Source of the DNA: Euprymna scolopes
Lineage: Eukaryota
DNA length: 57,207 nucleotides
Assembly: GCA_053919585.1 (NCBI GenBank)
Contig: CM132788.1
Strand: one strand, 5' to 3'
Part shown: piece after piece, positions 26,581 to 39,708 of the stretch
How the letters are laid out: each line of letters begins with the position of its first letter
Numbering within the stretch: position 1 is the first letter of the stretch
Translations under genes and position numbers: made by a program
The notes under the pieces: model-generated
The model's input: only the letters and a program-made list of their open reading frames with translations
What the model was told of the DNA's origin: nothing
Database searches by the model: none

Positions 26581-27158
26581 GCCAAGGCTGCTGCAAAGAA
26601 GGTGAGCGCTCTACCGTGCTAGAAAGCTACTTACTCCTGAAACTATCCTGTACGTCTATAAGGTCACCATTTGCCCATGTATGGAGTACTGTTGACACAT
26701 TTGGGCTGGTGCATCTACTAGTCTCATTCCTGAACAGGGTTCAAAAAGTCACCAACCTGATGGGTCCTGAACTGTCATCTAAGCTTCAGCCTGTCCCATC
26801 GACGAAATGTTGCATCCCTCTGCCTGTTCTACAAGTATTTTAAATGTTGAATGCTCTGCCAAACTACAAGCACTTGTACCTCTTCAATGTAAATACCTCC
26901 AACAAACAGCTAAATCCCACCCCTACACTGCAGAAATCCCTAGATGTAAGAAATCCTACTCCAATAGTTTCTTCCCCAGAACTGCTAGACTTTGGAACTC
27001 CTTTCCGGGATTCTGCTTTCCCAGCTGTACTGACATGCAGAAGTTCAAGTGTAATGTGAACAGACATCTTGTTAATCTCCCTTCATAATATCCCTGCAGC
27101 TTCTGTCCCCAATAGAACCCTACTTCAAAGTGGAAGTAGGCCTTGTTTAAGCTGAAAA
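26581..27158 (+). mobile_element. 5'-truncated CR1-clade LINE 3' end
   Basis: PCMEYC.HIWAGA, RRNVASL, HPY, SFFPRTARLWNS.P, FKCNVNRHL, then a short A tail. Confidence 0.8.
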
Positions 27159-27236
27159 AATTTAATTCAAAATTTTTTTAAGTAAAAAATTGCCGATTAG
27201 AAGTTTCCCAAGTATATGGAAAATAACTGACGCGAC

Positions 27237-27267
<31 letters not shown>

Positions 27268-27659
27268 TAATCTTAATGAAGCAGAATCTCTGAACATGTT
27301 ATTCTCACTAGAGTAGTTAATGGACCATAATATTCCAGTGAGGTATTCAATGACCACACCGCATTACAAGAAGGATACATTAACAAACAATATCTCAGAA
27401 CCCCAAAACAGTCAACATCTTACAAGTGGCCGTGGAATACTTAGGTCAAAGATAAGTACATAAACAAATATCAGAACAAGTTTTCTTTATCTTGTAAGGG
27501 GAGGAGATGTAATATTACCGGAACTACTTTACTATGCATAAAAACATAGGACCTCATTACACATAGATCTGCCTAATACTTGTTTTCATGAATATATTTT
27601 TTGGAAAGTTTTAAGTGATATTTAGTATGGTTTTGTTTTTCATTCAACTGTTCATCTTT

Positions 27660-28015
27660 TAACCGAGCAGCTGTCTGTTTATGGTTAATTCAGGAGAGGA
27701 TAGGGTCAGGGTGTTCAACATTTCCAAGGCATTCAACAGTGTGGCATTCACCATAAATTTCAGTGTTATGGTGGTGAGATTCTATTCAAAGATTGAGAGT
27801 CACTCTAGATGATATCACTTAATTTTTTCTATCAATGCTGATGTTCTTGAGGCACAACTTATTTCAATGATCTTCCAGGGAGTATTAATTATAGATTAGC
27901 TGCATACTTCAATTGATTTTTGAAGTTGGATTCAGTTGTCGATTGGGAAACTACTCGTTTTGTTTAACCCTGTAAAAAACTGTCCCCCACCCAAGGTTCT
28001 CATTAACAGCTCTGC

Positions 28016-28054
<39 letters not shown>

Positions 28055-28570
28055 CAATGAAGTTTCAGATCTTTCCAAATCTTTCTTGGTGTTCATATGT
28101 TAGATCCATTGTTCTTTCTGCTTCTAAATGCCAGTTTTCTATCGCTCTAAGCACTTTTTCACACACAAGGCTAGTCTTTATTTCCACAAATCTATCAGAC
28201 CATATATGTACCATCATTATATTTAGGTTGGTGAATCCAGCCCATTTGAAGGTGCATCCTGTTTGTAGCTAGTCACAGTCTTTTCTATGGATACCATTAT
28301 GGCACGTGTTCTTCAGAATTGTCAGATACCCCTTGCTTCAGCTTGATTCGTTAGTAGAGCGGTTTATAATTTGCTGTTTGGATACAGCATTGAATAGAGC
28401 TTCCTATTTCAGTTTCTTTCCAAGAAGCTGAGACTTGTGGAATTTCCTGCCAATTGTTTCCTCCTACCTATAGCCTGGATCTTTGAGAAAAGATCAGAGA
28501 CTCCTCCCATTTTTTGAGAATCATTTGTTAGCTCTGTACATCAAGTGGCTTCACACCTTATCTGGAGCAA
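27660..28570 (+). mobile_element. Highly degenerate CR1-like LINE 3' fragment
   Basis: Remnants of ISKAF, NDLP and SFFPR...LWN.LP, and a CR1-like 3' end. Confidence 0.5.
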
Positions 28571-28859
28571 TTTCAACTATACACAATAAAAAATATATAA
28601 ATATAGTAATTTAAAATATTGCTATATATATATATATATATATCAATCCCGCACCCACCTACATAAAAGCCTACATAAAAGAAAATTGCTCCTGACAATA
28701 GGATGCACTGATTGGATGCGCTTAATATGGCAAAACAAACTCCTGGGCGCCATAATATACAGCATGCCAACAGAAATAAAAAATCACTCAGCGAATTGAA
28801 GTTGTTCAACAAAATTGGAAGAACTCCATCGTGTTAAGACATAATTGAAAATTATATAT

Positions 28860-29471
28860 TGTGGCCAATGTGAGTGAAGATTAGCAAGTGGTACTTATGG
28901 TCAGGAATGGGAGTAGAAAGTGGGTAGAGGATTACAAACCTATGTCTTCAGATTCTCATTTTTCTTATGAGATTAGACCATTGGTTCTTTGTTCCAGCAA
29001 AAAAATTTGTTATCGAACACTGATGGGTAGGTCGCTTAAAGAGCATTTGTGGCAAAAGCTGTGAAAATGAGGGCTTACCATTCAAACAACCTAGGTGTGA
29101 GTGTGTGCTTTGTCATCACTGCGAAGCTAGGATAAGAAAAGAATTCCAAGATGGCGCCGACAGCGTTTTGTAATGGTATGATCTCGAAAACTCGCAAAAT
29201 CTCGTGCATATATGCAAATCAGTTGGTCTTCAACAACTATAAATTCAGGTCGTTTTGGAAGGCAAGGGTGAGGAAAGAACGGCTGGTTGGTAATTGTGTA
29301 CACTGGATCGTGTTGGTGGCGTATCACCGTGTGTGCGTGTACTGATCAAACCGCTTTCCTGTCCTTTGCACATTGGACTTTGAATTCGTTTACATTGGAC
29401 TTCAACTTCAGCATTTTATTTGCATTGCTTGCTCAGTTTTGATTAGCGACCTCCAACCCTTTTGACAACCA
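28860..29471. mobile_element. Probable solo LTR (612 bp)
   Basis: TG...CA termini, near-TSD TATAT/TATAA, TATAAA box and raised GC. The end resembles that of the 3355-3686 LTR. Confidence 0.55.
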
Positions 29472-29492
29472 TATAATAGATGAGCGTTTTAC

Positions 29493-29698
29493 TGAGAGTT
29501 GAAGAGAAACTGAGTAACATTCCTCTTTCTCATAAAGGTTGGAAGCGAGTATAGATCTGTTAGGGTTGTCATCAATGCCTGTGCTAGAAGCTTATGGCAC
29601 TCATCCTCATCTCCCACTAAAAAACTACTCTTTGTAAACAATACAATGTGTTTTTGTTCAAGTATTAAATCATCTGATTTCAGTAACATCAGAAACAT
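29493..29698 (-). CDS. Candidate exon 1 of an unidentified gene (..DDLILEQKHIVLFTKSSFLVGDEDECHKLLAQALMTTLTDLYSLPTFMRKRNVTQFLFNS)
   Basis: 69-codon protein-like ORF. Weak donor CA|GTAAAA (phase 2) is compatible with exon 19713. Acceptor at 29699 or 29674. Confidence 0.35.
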
Positions 29699-30319
29699 CT
29701 TTCAGTACATTAAATATTTTAAAGGATCACGAGTTTTCATTTAACAGTAATTTGCAAAAGAGTAGAAGTTGGACAATTTAAGATATGTAGTGAAGGGACA
29801 TTAGTTATCTCCCTTTGAAAGGGATTAGTTCTCAGGCTAGCATTATGCTTAAACTGTTTAAAAAAGGTTCTTTTCAGAATATATCTAACTTGTAACAGTT
29901 ACATAAGAGATCTATCTTATATCAATGTAAATGCAATCATTAGCTCCGTTCGTATTATACATGTGTGAAAAAAGATTAATCCTAGTAGAAACGTCTTGGC
30001 ACCATCAGGCTGGAATAAAATCCGGGGGTGGGGGTAATGAAAGACAAGCCCCAAATTAAGCATTTTTAATGTTTTACTTTAAATATGTAAGAACTGCATT
30101 TTTTTGAACATTGAAATCCAAATTCACAAACAAAATTTAATAGACATTCAAAATAAAGATTTTAAAAATTTGTTTCTCCTGGGAATCTGTTGGTTATAAA
30201 GATTTTCAAAAATTAAATTTACTTGAATATTTTCCCCAATGAGTGATGAGGTGTACATTCAGGCAGCATTCTTTGAAGTATATTTTATTGAATAAAATAC
30301 ATTTCATGTTTAGTAGTTC

Positions 30320-32950
30320 GGGTTTGAATCCTTTTCAACTTATTTTCTTGCTCTGGCAGATGTAGTCACCATATTTACTGTAGACTAGTACTTTGAAAGC
30401 CGTCTGGGTTCAGGGATAATTAACCAAACCAGTTCTGAACAATTTGAAGATTTAATATGTGTATATTTATTTAAAAACAAATATACGCAAACAATGCTGA
30501 TATAATGCAAAACTTCCCAAATTGCTTGTATAGCAGTGTATATAAAACATACTATTGTATCATATGATGCAACTCAAGACATTTGTTAGTGTATCAGCCC
30601 TTTACAAAACTTGGCATGTCAACACTGAATGAGAACATGTATGCTACATAGTGTGTGTATACGATCCAGCATATTCTTAACCGTGCATGTATAATTTTAT
30701 GCGCCATTTCTTCTGCATGTGTATGGACGAGTGTTTAACGCCATCAATAAAATAAAGTAAAAAGGCAGGTATGTATAAACATCCTTGTCTGGATGATGCA
30801 CAGAGAAAGGGAAAGGTAGGAATACCTTATTTTATAGTTCCTTTGTTCTTCAGTTTGCACCCGATTGAAACTGCAAGTAACAGTAGAACTCAATTTTTGT
30901 TGTAGCTTTATTTTCAGGTCTTAATGTTCAGAGTCGCAACCATGTAATAGCTGTTTCTACATATTAACTGTGGCATCCTCGAAGCTTGCAGGACACAAAC
31001 AGGTGACTTAGTCTCCCCATACTGGCATTCCTCTCCAGTCTGGAAACTTTCTCCCAGATATAATATTCCTACTCGTGTCTATAATATTTTAATTCCTTAA
31101 AGTATTTTCGATCAACAGGTCAACTTTGTTAATGCAAATATTTTCCATTTAATTTATTGTAAAAATCCTTCCTGGTCTTAAAACTCACCTTTAACTTGTT
31201 TTGCTGAATGAAGCTGTCAAATCTTCACTTTAATTTTTTTTTTTATTCAAATATTAAAAGTATGCGAACTAGTTAACACAAGACTTCATTTTGCAGGGTC
31301 CTAATTTGCAACAATTACAAACCCAGATATTTATGAGACAGTAAAAACTCACAAGCCTAATTTTCCTTCGTGCTTTATTTCCCAAATAACTACCTCCCAC
31401 TTATAAAGTTTTTGAAATCATTAACCAAATAATATCTGCCTTTCTTCCCAATAGATTACTAAATTTAACTAACTTATTGACACTCTTATGAGTAAGAAAC
31501 CGGACACAGAGGTAATTGCTTCCTTAGATGTTAAAACTATTTACCAACGTTCCAATAATAGACATTGGAAATGTATAATTGTTATATTTTCAATTGTTGA
31601 CATTAAGTTGTAGATCACATTGTGCAAGGCAATACCTCCACACGTAATGTTGGAGATTGCTTTTTTGTCTGTTGAGGCAAGCATGACTTTCTCTGCATGG
31701 AGAACTGTCCAAGGTGGTTCTCATTGCAGATTCAAAGTTATTTCATTTACAACTAAGTTGAACCTTGGTGGGCACCGACAATAATACTGAAGTTCTGACT
31801 GTGCTACACGTGCAAATTAGGTTTCTATGCAACTTGATCAAGTTGACCAACTCCCTGGAAATTTTGTGGTAGCGTAAAGCATACCTTACGAGTTCATGCA
31901 GACAATCACTGCCTCCTCCTTAAAATTGACTCCAACACCGTGTGTAAAAGTGTTGGCCTGTACAACAGAAATCTCACTTTATGATCATGGCAATATGTAC
32001 AAAAAGGTGTTACCATAGGTTCTGTTAGGACCAACATTTAGTAATTTTTAGATTTTCAGCTTAGATTTTGTTTTTTTGTAGTATCAATAAAAGTATTTAG
32101 TTTATGTTGATGACATTCTAATTATTAAAAAGATCTGGCAAACAATCTTCCAAAATAACTCTGTACTTAAGTTCACCCATGAATTAAAATTCCTCTTTTT
32201 AGAGATTTCAGTTGATGCAAACAATGAATTCTCCACTTACTCTTCCAACTATTTTGCAACTTAAATTTACTAATAAACAAATTCTAACAAGTTCCCTAAC
32301 CATATCATCAACTAATAAAGTAACCAACTGAAAAATATTCAAAATTGCAGAATGTACGTGTTAGGTGTAAGTTTTCAACTATTTTATTGGAATTAAATAC
32401 ACAACTATAGTAAACAAAGCATTTCAATTAGAAGCTTAAAACCTAGACTCAAAAAAAAAAATAAAAAAAATAAAAATCATATAAATTTAAACCTCAACTC
32501 ATCCCCCTCAACTGGGTTGGATAGAACAAACCTGGTATATGAATTCAAATGCCCATTGAAAAGAATGCAAGTTCGACTACCACAACATTGCCAAGGACAT
32601 TATGCATAATTCTGAAAAATGCTAATGCTAAACACTCAATCAACATTCTGATCTCCATTCCAATTCAAAACACTAATAACTAAACTGAAATTACAAGCAT
32701 TATTAAAATTAAAAGGAAATTTCAAATAGTTTTTACTATTACTGATAACATCTTAAAATGGTTGTAAAGTGAAAAGAATAACTTATGCATGTTATTAAAT
32801 CAGTGAAATAAAATTTACAAATACATTTATTAAAAAATTGTTAATCATCCCTGATGATGAATGAAGACAGATTTCAAAGTACCTGGCCCTACAATATGGT
32901 GACTACATCAGCCAGAAGGAAGATAATTAGGCTAGGAAGGATCCAAACCA
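30320..32950 (+). mobile_element. Decayed Penelope/Poseidon-type PLE with an inverted partial terminal repeat upstream
   Basis: VKTHK, IASLDV, FTNVP, G.LGPTF, YVDDI, NLVYEFKCP. The 3' region 32848-32950 is mirrored on the minus strand at about 30320-30415. Confidence 0.65.
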
Positions 32951-33239
32951 AGATTAGTAGCCATGAAACTTATGTTATTCAATAAAGTGTTTTCTTTGGA
33001 AAGAAAGAAAATTTATAGAAAAACTATGCACATACTTTCAGTTTTGGGGAGTAGATTATGGAACGGCATCAAATCTCTTTAGCTATAGAGGCAGAACTTC
33101 ATTGAAAATTTTAATATTCTTTTCACTTATAGAAGTCATAAAATTTCAGGGAAGACAATAGTTGTTCAAAATCTATGTGCTCCTTTCAAGAGCAGAAAGC
33201 CTTTGAAACTTAGATTTATATCCCATTTTAAATGTATGT

Positions 33240-33471
33240 TGTAGACCCGTGCTAAGGGTTACAAATGAAAGCAACCACAAGTAGTATAAAGTGTATAAAA
33301 TATACGTATTTATCATAAAGAATACAGGAGCCACTAAAGTGGTCCGAGAGGAATGTGTTCGTAGCATGTGGTTAAACATGGTATGAAGGTCTTCATTTTG
33401 TTCCTGAATCAGTTGTATTTATAGGACTAGTTGATTCCACTTCTGAAAAAGTGATTTGTACCCCCATAACA
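33240..33471 (-). repeat. 3' LTR of the Gypsy element; PPT GGGAGGGGGTG at 33482-33472
   Basis: TG...CA termini, direct repeat of 39100-41031, adjacent polypurine tract. Confidence 0.85.
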
Positions 33472-36006
33472 CACCCCCTCCCGAGCTTTTCATTCCCTTG
33501 GGATGATCGTATAGCTCTTTCTGGGGTTGATCTATCAGGTCGGTCATTTTCCTTTTCCTGGAGGATCAGCATTGTCTAGCTACTCCTGATGTTACCAAGT
33601 CAAACATGTCATTTCTGATCCATTACTACTTGTTCAGCAGGCGGTTATCTTTCGTCATCGGTTATGTTTCCGAATTTGGTTTAAAATGTTTCTTGTGCGT
33701 AAATCTTGGATCTTTGATAATGTAGACCATCTGCCCGATCCTTTTCTGAACCTTTCCTAGTTCCCACATGCTATTATTTTTGTGTACCTGGAAAAAATAC
33801 ATTTTCAACAGGTGAATATCTCCTTTTAGGAACTATAGTATTTAGCGGTTTCACACATTTTGGTAAGTTTCGAAGACCGGCCTAATTTTCCTTGCAAACA
33901 TTAACTGCCGGCGACATCTTCGATGGAGTCCTTTCATTTGACATAATTTGGTAAACTTGTAACGCCTTTTCTGAGGGTATTCCTTTAGCCTTCTTCAGGG
34001 CTCTTTTCAGTGTCTACAAACCTCTCTGCTTGGCCATTCAATCAGGGATGATAGGTTAGCATCATGTGGTTAACCTGAAAATCCTCACAGAAGCTTTTAA
34101 AATCTGCTTTAGTGAATTGTGTGCTATTGTCTGGCAGTAGACAATCTCAACCACACCAAACAAGTCGTGAAGAGCACCGATTGTAAAGTCAGTTATTGGA
34201 CCGTCATCGAAATACCTTGGGTCATTTTGAAAAACTGCCTGCCACTATTAAATAGAGTTTCTATCCAGTGGGCCTGCGTAATTTACATGTATTCTTTGCC
34301 ATAGGTGGTCCGCTTTAGGCCACGGGCTAAATTGTATTGGGGGACACTTTCACAGCCAATGCACATCCTTACACGACTTTATCATGCCTTCTATATCAGT
34401 GTCCACATTCTTCCAATAAACATAGGACCTCATGAGGCTCTTCATTCGCATAGCCCCATATGAGAATCCTTTACAATTTTTTGTAGTGTAGCTGGGATTA
34501 CTACTTTCCCAGTAAAACAGTACCTCATTGCACATAGAATAAGCTTCCACTGCCGATTCATCCGATTTGTTTCATTTCTTTGATGAAACCATATCAGCCT
34601 CCCTTATATCTTCCAAAGGGACTGGTAGTTCCTTGATCGTATTGCATAATATTTGTGTATAGTCCTTTTCACTTTGTAGTGACGCTATTACTGGTCTTCT
34701 AGCAGTTCTCTTGATTTCGGGATTCATCGCAGCAATTCGTCTGTGTGACTTAACTTCGCAGATGTAAGAAATTCCATGCTAAATTCGTAATTCAGTAGAA
34801 TGGTCCCCCATCTTTGCAGTCTGTTGGCTGTGTAAGTTGGCAGACCCTTTTTTTTTTTTTTTTTTTTTAGAGCCAAAGCGGCTTATGGTCAGTTTGCAAT
34901 TTAAATTTATGACAGTGAAAAAAAAAAAAAAAGTGGAACTTTGTAACACCGAATAGGATTCCTTTTCGATTTGGGAGTAATTCTTCTCGGCAGGAAGTAA
35001 AGTTCTTGACGCATAGGCGATTGGCTTAGTGGATCCACCAGGCATCTTGTGTATAATGCATGCCCCGATCCCATAAAAACTTGCGTTAGTTGCAACAATA
35101 ATCTTATTTTGGATTGAGGAGTCAGGGATAAATCTGACATTAATACATCTTGATTTCTAAAACGCTGCCCCGCACTCAGGCATCCAGTACCATTTTGTCT
35201 TTTTAACAGTACATTCAATGCCACACACAATTCATGCATGTTAATAGTTCGTGATCCCTAAAAACTCTGCAATGTAGTTACATTGAGGTTCTGGCATGTC
35301 TTACAGTTATGGACCTGCCTGGATCAGGTTTCCTCCTGTCCTTATCTATGTTATGACCCAAGTATTTAATTCGTAAAAAAAAAATTTGCATTTTTCTTCC
35401 TTCAATGTGAAGCCGTATTCTTTTCTGTCAAACACTTGAAATACATGATCTCTATATTATTCAACATTGAATACGCATAAGAATATCGTCCAGATAGCCT
35501 ATTTTGAAATCCAAACCGCTTAGCAAAAGTATCAATTACCTGTTGGAAAATTGCAGGTGCTACTTTTATACCAAATGCTAATCTATTGACTTTATAAAGT
35601 CTTTTGTGCGTGGAGATACACAAATGTTTCTAGCCATCTTCCTCTACTGGTATTTGTAGGTACACCTCACTGAAGTCTATCTTGTAAAATTTTTTTCCAC
35701 CATTTAACTTAGCGAATATTTCGTCTGGGTCTGGTTGCAGATAATGATAGTTCGAGCTCCGCATTCAATCCAGTCGAAAAGTCTGCGCATACCTTAATCT
35801 CTAGATTTTTTTTTCTTTTTCCTCGTATACAGTGGGGGCTGTTCAGTCACTATAGTTAATAGGGGTTAAAATCCCAGTGTTAACTAGTCTTTCCAATTCT
35901 TTTTCAATTTTTTCCCCCTCAAAGCGAATGGTACGCTCCATGGCTTTTTGAATATTGGTTTTGCTTCGTCCAGCAATTCGAATCTCGCCTTTATTTTTGT
36001 GCAGCA

Positions 36007-36277
36007 TGTAGTACTTAACAATTCAAACGCCCACGTGTTTGTGCCTTGTATAGGCATGCGCGACAACAAAACTTGGGTTTTTATAAGCGGAAGTCTCGAG
36101 GTTGTCAGGAATCTACAGGCGCATGCGCAAGAGAAGGGATTGAGATAGTGGTATAAAAGGCAGGTTGAGTGAGAAGGTTGTTGTCATTGGACGTTACAGT
36201 GACGCGTGCATTAGCAGGTGATTAAGAGGCTGTTTTTGTGTGTCAAGTCGTGCACCTCGGTGAAGGTGAAGGTCATA
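36007..36277 (+). mobile_element. Solo LTR (271 bp) inside Gypsy pol
   Basis: TG...TA termini, 5-bp TSD CAGCA and a TATAAAAG box. Removal restores VFSEKLECCTKIKARFEL. Confidence 0.75.
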
Positions 36278-37524
36278 CAGCATTCAAGCTTTTCAGAGAA
36301 AACACTAAGATTTTGAGATCCTTTTTGAATTTATCGGCTTCGGGCATTAGGTTTTTGACCGACAAAAATCACTAATTGGCAAGTCTCATAATTCAAATTC
36401 CTGAATCCAATCAGTCCTGAATGAGTTTGTTGTGTTCCTTAGAACAAACACTTAGCTTTTTGTCATTCTTTTTAGTGACACATTAATAACTAACTCACCC
36501 TCAAAATTTATTTTTTCACCAGTTACCGATCTTGCGACTTTATTCGTTCATTTTCCTATTCTCTTCCACGTGTGAAAATTTATAATTGATAAATCCAACC
36601 CTGAATCGAGCTGCAGTTTTACTTTATTTCCGATTTTCACCGTAACATTTCCTTATGTTCTAATGGTGAAGGGTCAATTTTTGCAGTTTTTACATCTTTG
36701 TTGCTACTTTTGCTCTGCAATATGAGGCCTTGTTCCCTGCTCACTTACATAGGGCACATGTTATTTTCCTTTGGTACTGACATGCATTGTACCCATGAGG
36801 TCCCCCCACATTTGCTACAAGGGGTCCTAGGATTTTGTCTATCCTGATAATTTTGTGAAGGGTTCTTTTTGCCTCTTAATTGGTAATTGCTGGCAGGTGG
36901 GTTTCCTTTATTTTTGAAGCATATTTTTTTAATGCGAGCGATACCTGCTTCCTGTTTTGGGAATCTTGCATCATTGTCACAAACCACTGACAATCTTCAG
37001 CCAGTTTATGAAGCATCAAATCAGGTTCTAATTGCAAATTATTTAGAGCACGACGTCTTATATTGGCGTCTTTTGGGGCTATCAAACCTTGTCATTAACA
37101 GTGGACAATTTCAAATGCTTAATATCACAATTTGAAATCGGCCCATTGCTTATTAACTATAGTTGCAAATGTTGTATAGTCCCGACTCCTTACGTGTAAG
37201 ATTCATGCATTTCCATCTTTTATGAAAAGGGCTTCTTTTTGAACAGTATAACTCCATTAATAGTTTGACTGCCTCGTCAAACAACAATTCGTTAGTTTTT
37301 CTTGGTAAAATATGCTTCACAAATTTATTATATTCGGATGTACCCAACTTGCGTAGCCATAAACGAACCTTTTGATCCATCCATGCACTGCAAGCAATTT
37401 TAAAAAGATCTTCAAATCTGAAATATGCCTCAAACGTTAGGTCTTCCTCAGGAGCATAGTGAAATGTATCAATAGTTAACCAGATCGCATTTTGGGGAAA
37501 AAGCCAAGCTGGTTTCTTCTCAGC

Positions 37525-38490
37525 TGTCCTTATTTACTAAAACTTATTTTAAATTGATTAAAATCTGATGTTTTTAATTTGTGCAAATACTCACTTTAGC
37601 CAATAAAATTTATTTACTTTTGTATTTGGAATTTGTTTTTAAAATAAGCCTTATTCAAGGCCGTTTCTGCTGACATTAATTTCATGGCAGAATTAATTTT
37701 TCTTTTAAAAAAATCCCTGTTAAAAACTAAGGCCCTCACACCCTTAATCTGCTTAAAGTCATTCATTTTGTTTAACGAAAGATACCTACACAAATTTAAA
37801 AACACAGAAAGGAAAGAAAAAAAAACAAAAAAAGGAGAAAAGGATGGGCAAAACTTAACCTCTACAATCCTAGTAGTAAACACCAAATGGGATGGGTGCA
37901 TATATATGTTCCTTCCTCTTGTGACGTCACGTTTTGGTATTAATTATTCTACGTGGTTCTTTTGCCAATTAATTTACATAAATCTATTTCATGTAAAATT
38001 AACTCATGTACGTTTCTCTAAATTGATTTACACAAAATCTGCTTTTGCAAATTATTGGAAAAATTTCCCAACTATAAACGGTAACAAAAATAAAGTAACG
38101 TCAACAATAAGGAAGAAACACAAATGTAGTTATAAGAACTTGTATTAATAGGAAAGAAGGAAGAATGTTTCTTTGCAAAAGCAGTCGCTTTGCCGAACTT
38201 AACTATTGTTCGTCCTTTTAACGCCGTTTGTTTCCTGTGGAGTTTGGCCAGGTTGAGGTAAAAAAAAAAAAAAAAAGAAAAAAAAAAGGAAGCCTTGTAT
38301 TCTCGTGCTGCAGTTACTGTTGAAACTTCTCCCTCGTGTCCGGTATGAATGGGGGAGAAGACTGAAAAACATGTCTTCAGGGGGTCAACAAGCAAAAGAG
38401 GAAGAGAATTCGAAATAACTGCTCGAGGGATTGGGAGGAATCTAAAAAGGGAGGTTTGTGATTGGTTGTTTTTCATCCACTCACAGGACA
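37525..38490. mobile_element. LTR-like insertion (966 bp) inside Gypsy gag
   Basis: Perfect inverted termini TGTCCT...AGGACA. Removal restores an open gag frame (GIKESLTG|AEKKPAWLFPQNAIW). No clean TSD. Confidence 0.55.
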
Positions 38491-39099
38491 CCCCGTTAAT
38501 GACTCCTTAATTCCACTATTAGCAGAAGTTCCCCCCCCCCAATGCTAATGCCTTTTAACCATAAGACATTAGCAAGATATGCTTTTTAGAACAGTTTTTT
38601 GTACTTACTGAAAACTTGGTCTCATAAATTCAGTAATAATTCTCCACATAATTCGTCTTAGGAGTTCTGTTTCAGCTCATAGTTTACGTTTTAGTAGCTT
38701 TTTTTTAACAGCAAGATAAGGTTTTTTGAGGATGTCTTTGTAAAATCCTTTTTCGGCAAGAATCGTCCTTTTCGAAGTGTTCTTTATCCCATATTTGTGG
38801 ATTTACATGCTCGAATGTTGGTTCCCCCCCCCCCAACTTAGACAACTAGTTTTTTCCCCCCCGTTCTTCAAACTTTTTAAAAAATACTTTTGAAGTTTCG
38901 AATTTTCCTTAGTTTTGAAAAAAATTATTTCGAATATCGGCATGTTTTTTCTTGAATCCTTTTGGTCATCAAATGCTGTCTTCCAATGGCTGTTTTATTT
39001 TTAGAGTGAATTCATTGCTCGAATGTTAGTCATTCAGTTGTTAGCAATTATTGTAAATTGATCCGGAAAGTTCTTGAACCGTCCTAGTCATCCAGTTGG

Positions 39100-39675
39100 T
39101 GTAGACCCGTGCTGGGGGGTGGGGGGTCACAAATGAAAGGAACCACAGGTAGTGTAAAGTGTATAAAATATACTACCTCCAGTCGGAAATAGTTGGTGCA
39201 GAATTAAAACTGAAATGGTGCGCGACAAAACCTAAAACGTGGACAATATTTTAGGGGGTAACTGGATGGGGTAACTGGTAGTACTTTAGAGCGTGCTTAA
39301 TTGAAAAAGAACAGTTTTCGTTCTAAAAGTCATTTAGAGTTTAATCTACGCACATTACTTTGTTGACTTATATAATCTATTTTTAAAAATACCCGCAGTG
39401 GCTATATAAATATGGAAAATGTAGTTGATGTCAATGTGGAAAGTAAAAACAGAAGTGATAAGAGTGAATTGACAAATTCAAGATGAACAGTAGTTCTGCA
39501 AGCATTGCTACAAAGGTCTAAAGGGCGTATTCTAGAACGAGGTGCAATCAAAGATGTTGCCACAAAATTCGGTATAGGAAGAAATACTTTAGGTAGAATT
39601 TAGTCACGAACACTAGACAGTTCGTCCGATATATCGGTGCCAATGCATTCTTTGAGCTGTAAGTTTCTGTGGCTG

Positions 39676-39708
<33 letters not shown>

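Larger units (their letters stand above)
21780..27450 (+). mobile_element. Very degenerate Ty3/Gypsy remnant interrupted by a DNA transposon and a LINE
   Basis: RNase H TNHKPL..I..KPL..A.P.LQ and ADAL (23580-23720). Integrase VY(W)...NADIEN is split at 24021/26427. Boundaries are approximate. Confidence 0.55.

Noticed and set aside
31180-31230. Strong AAG|GTGAGT donor on the minus strand
   Set aside because: It falls within the decayed PLE coding region.
37684-38491. 154-aa and 139-aa ORFs
   Set aside because: Low-complexity frames inside an LTR-like insertion.
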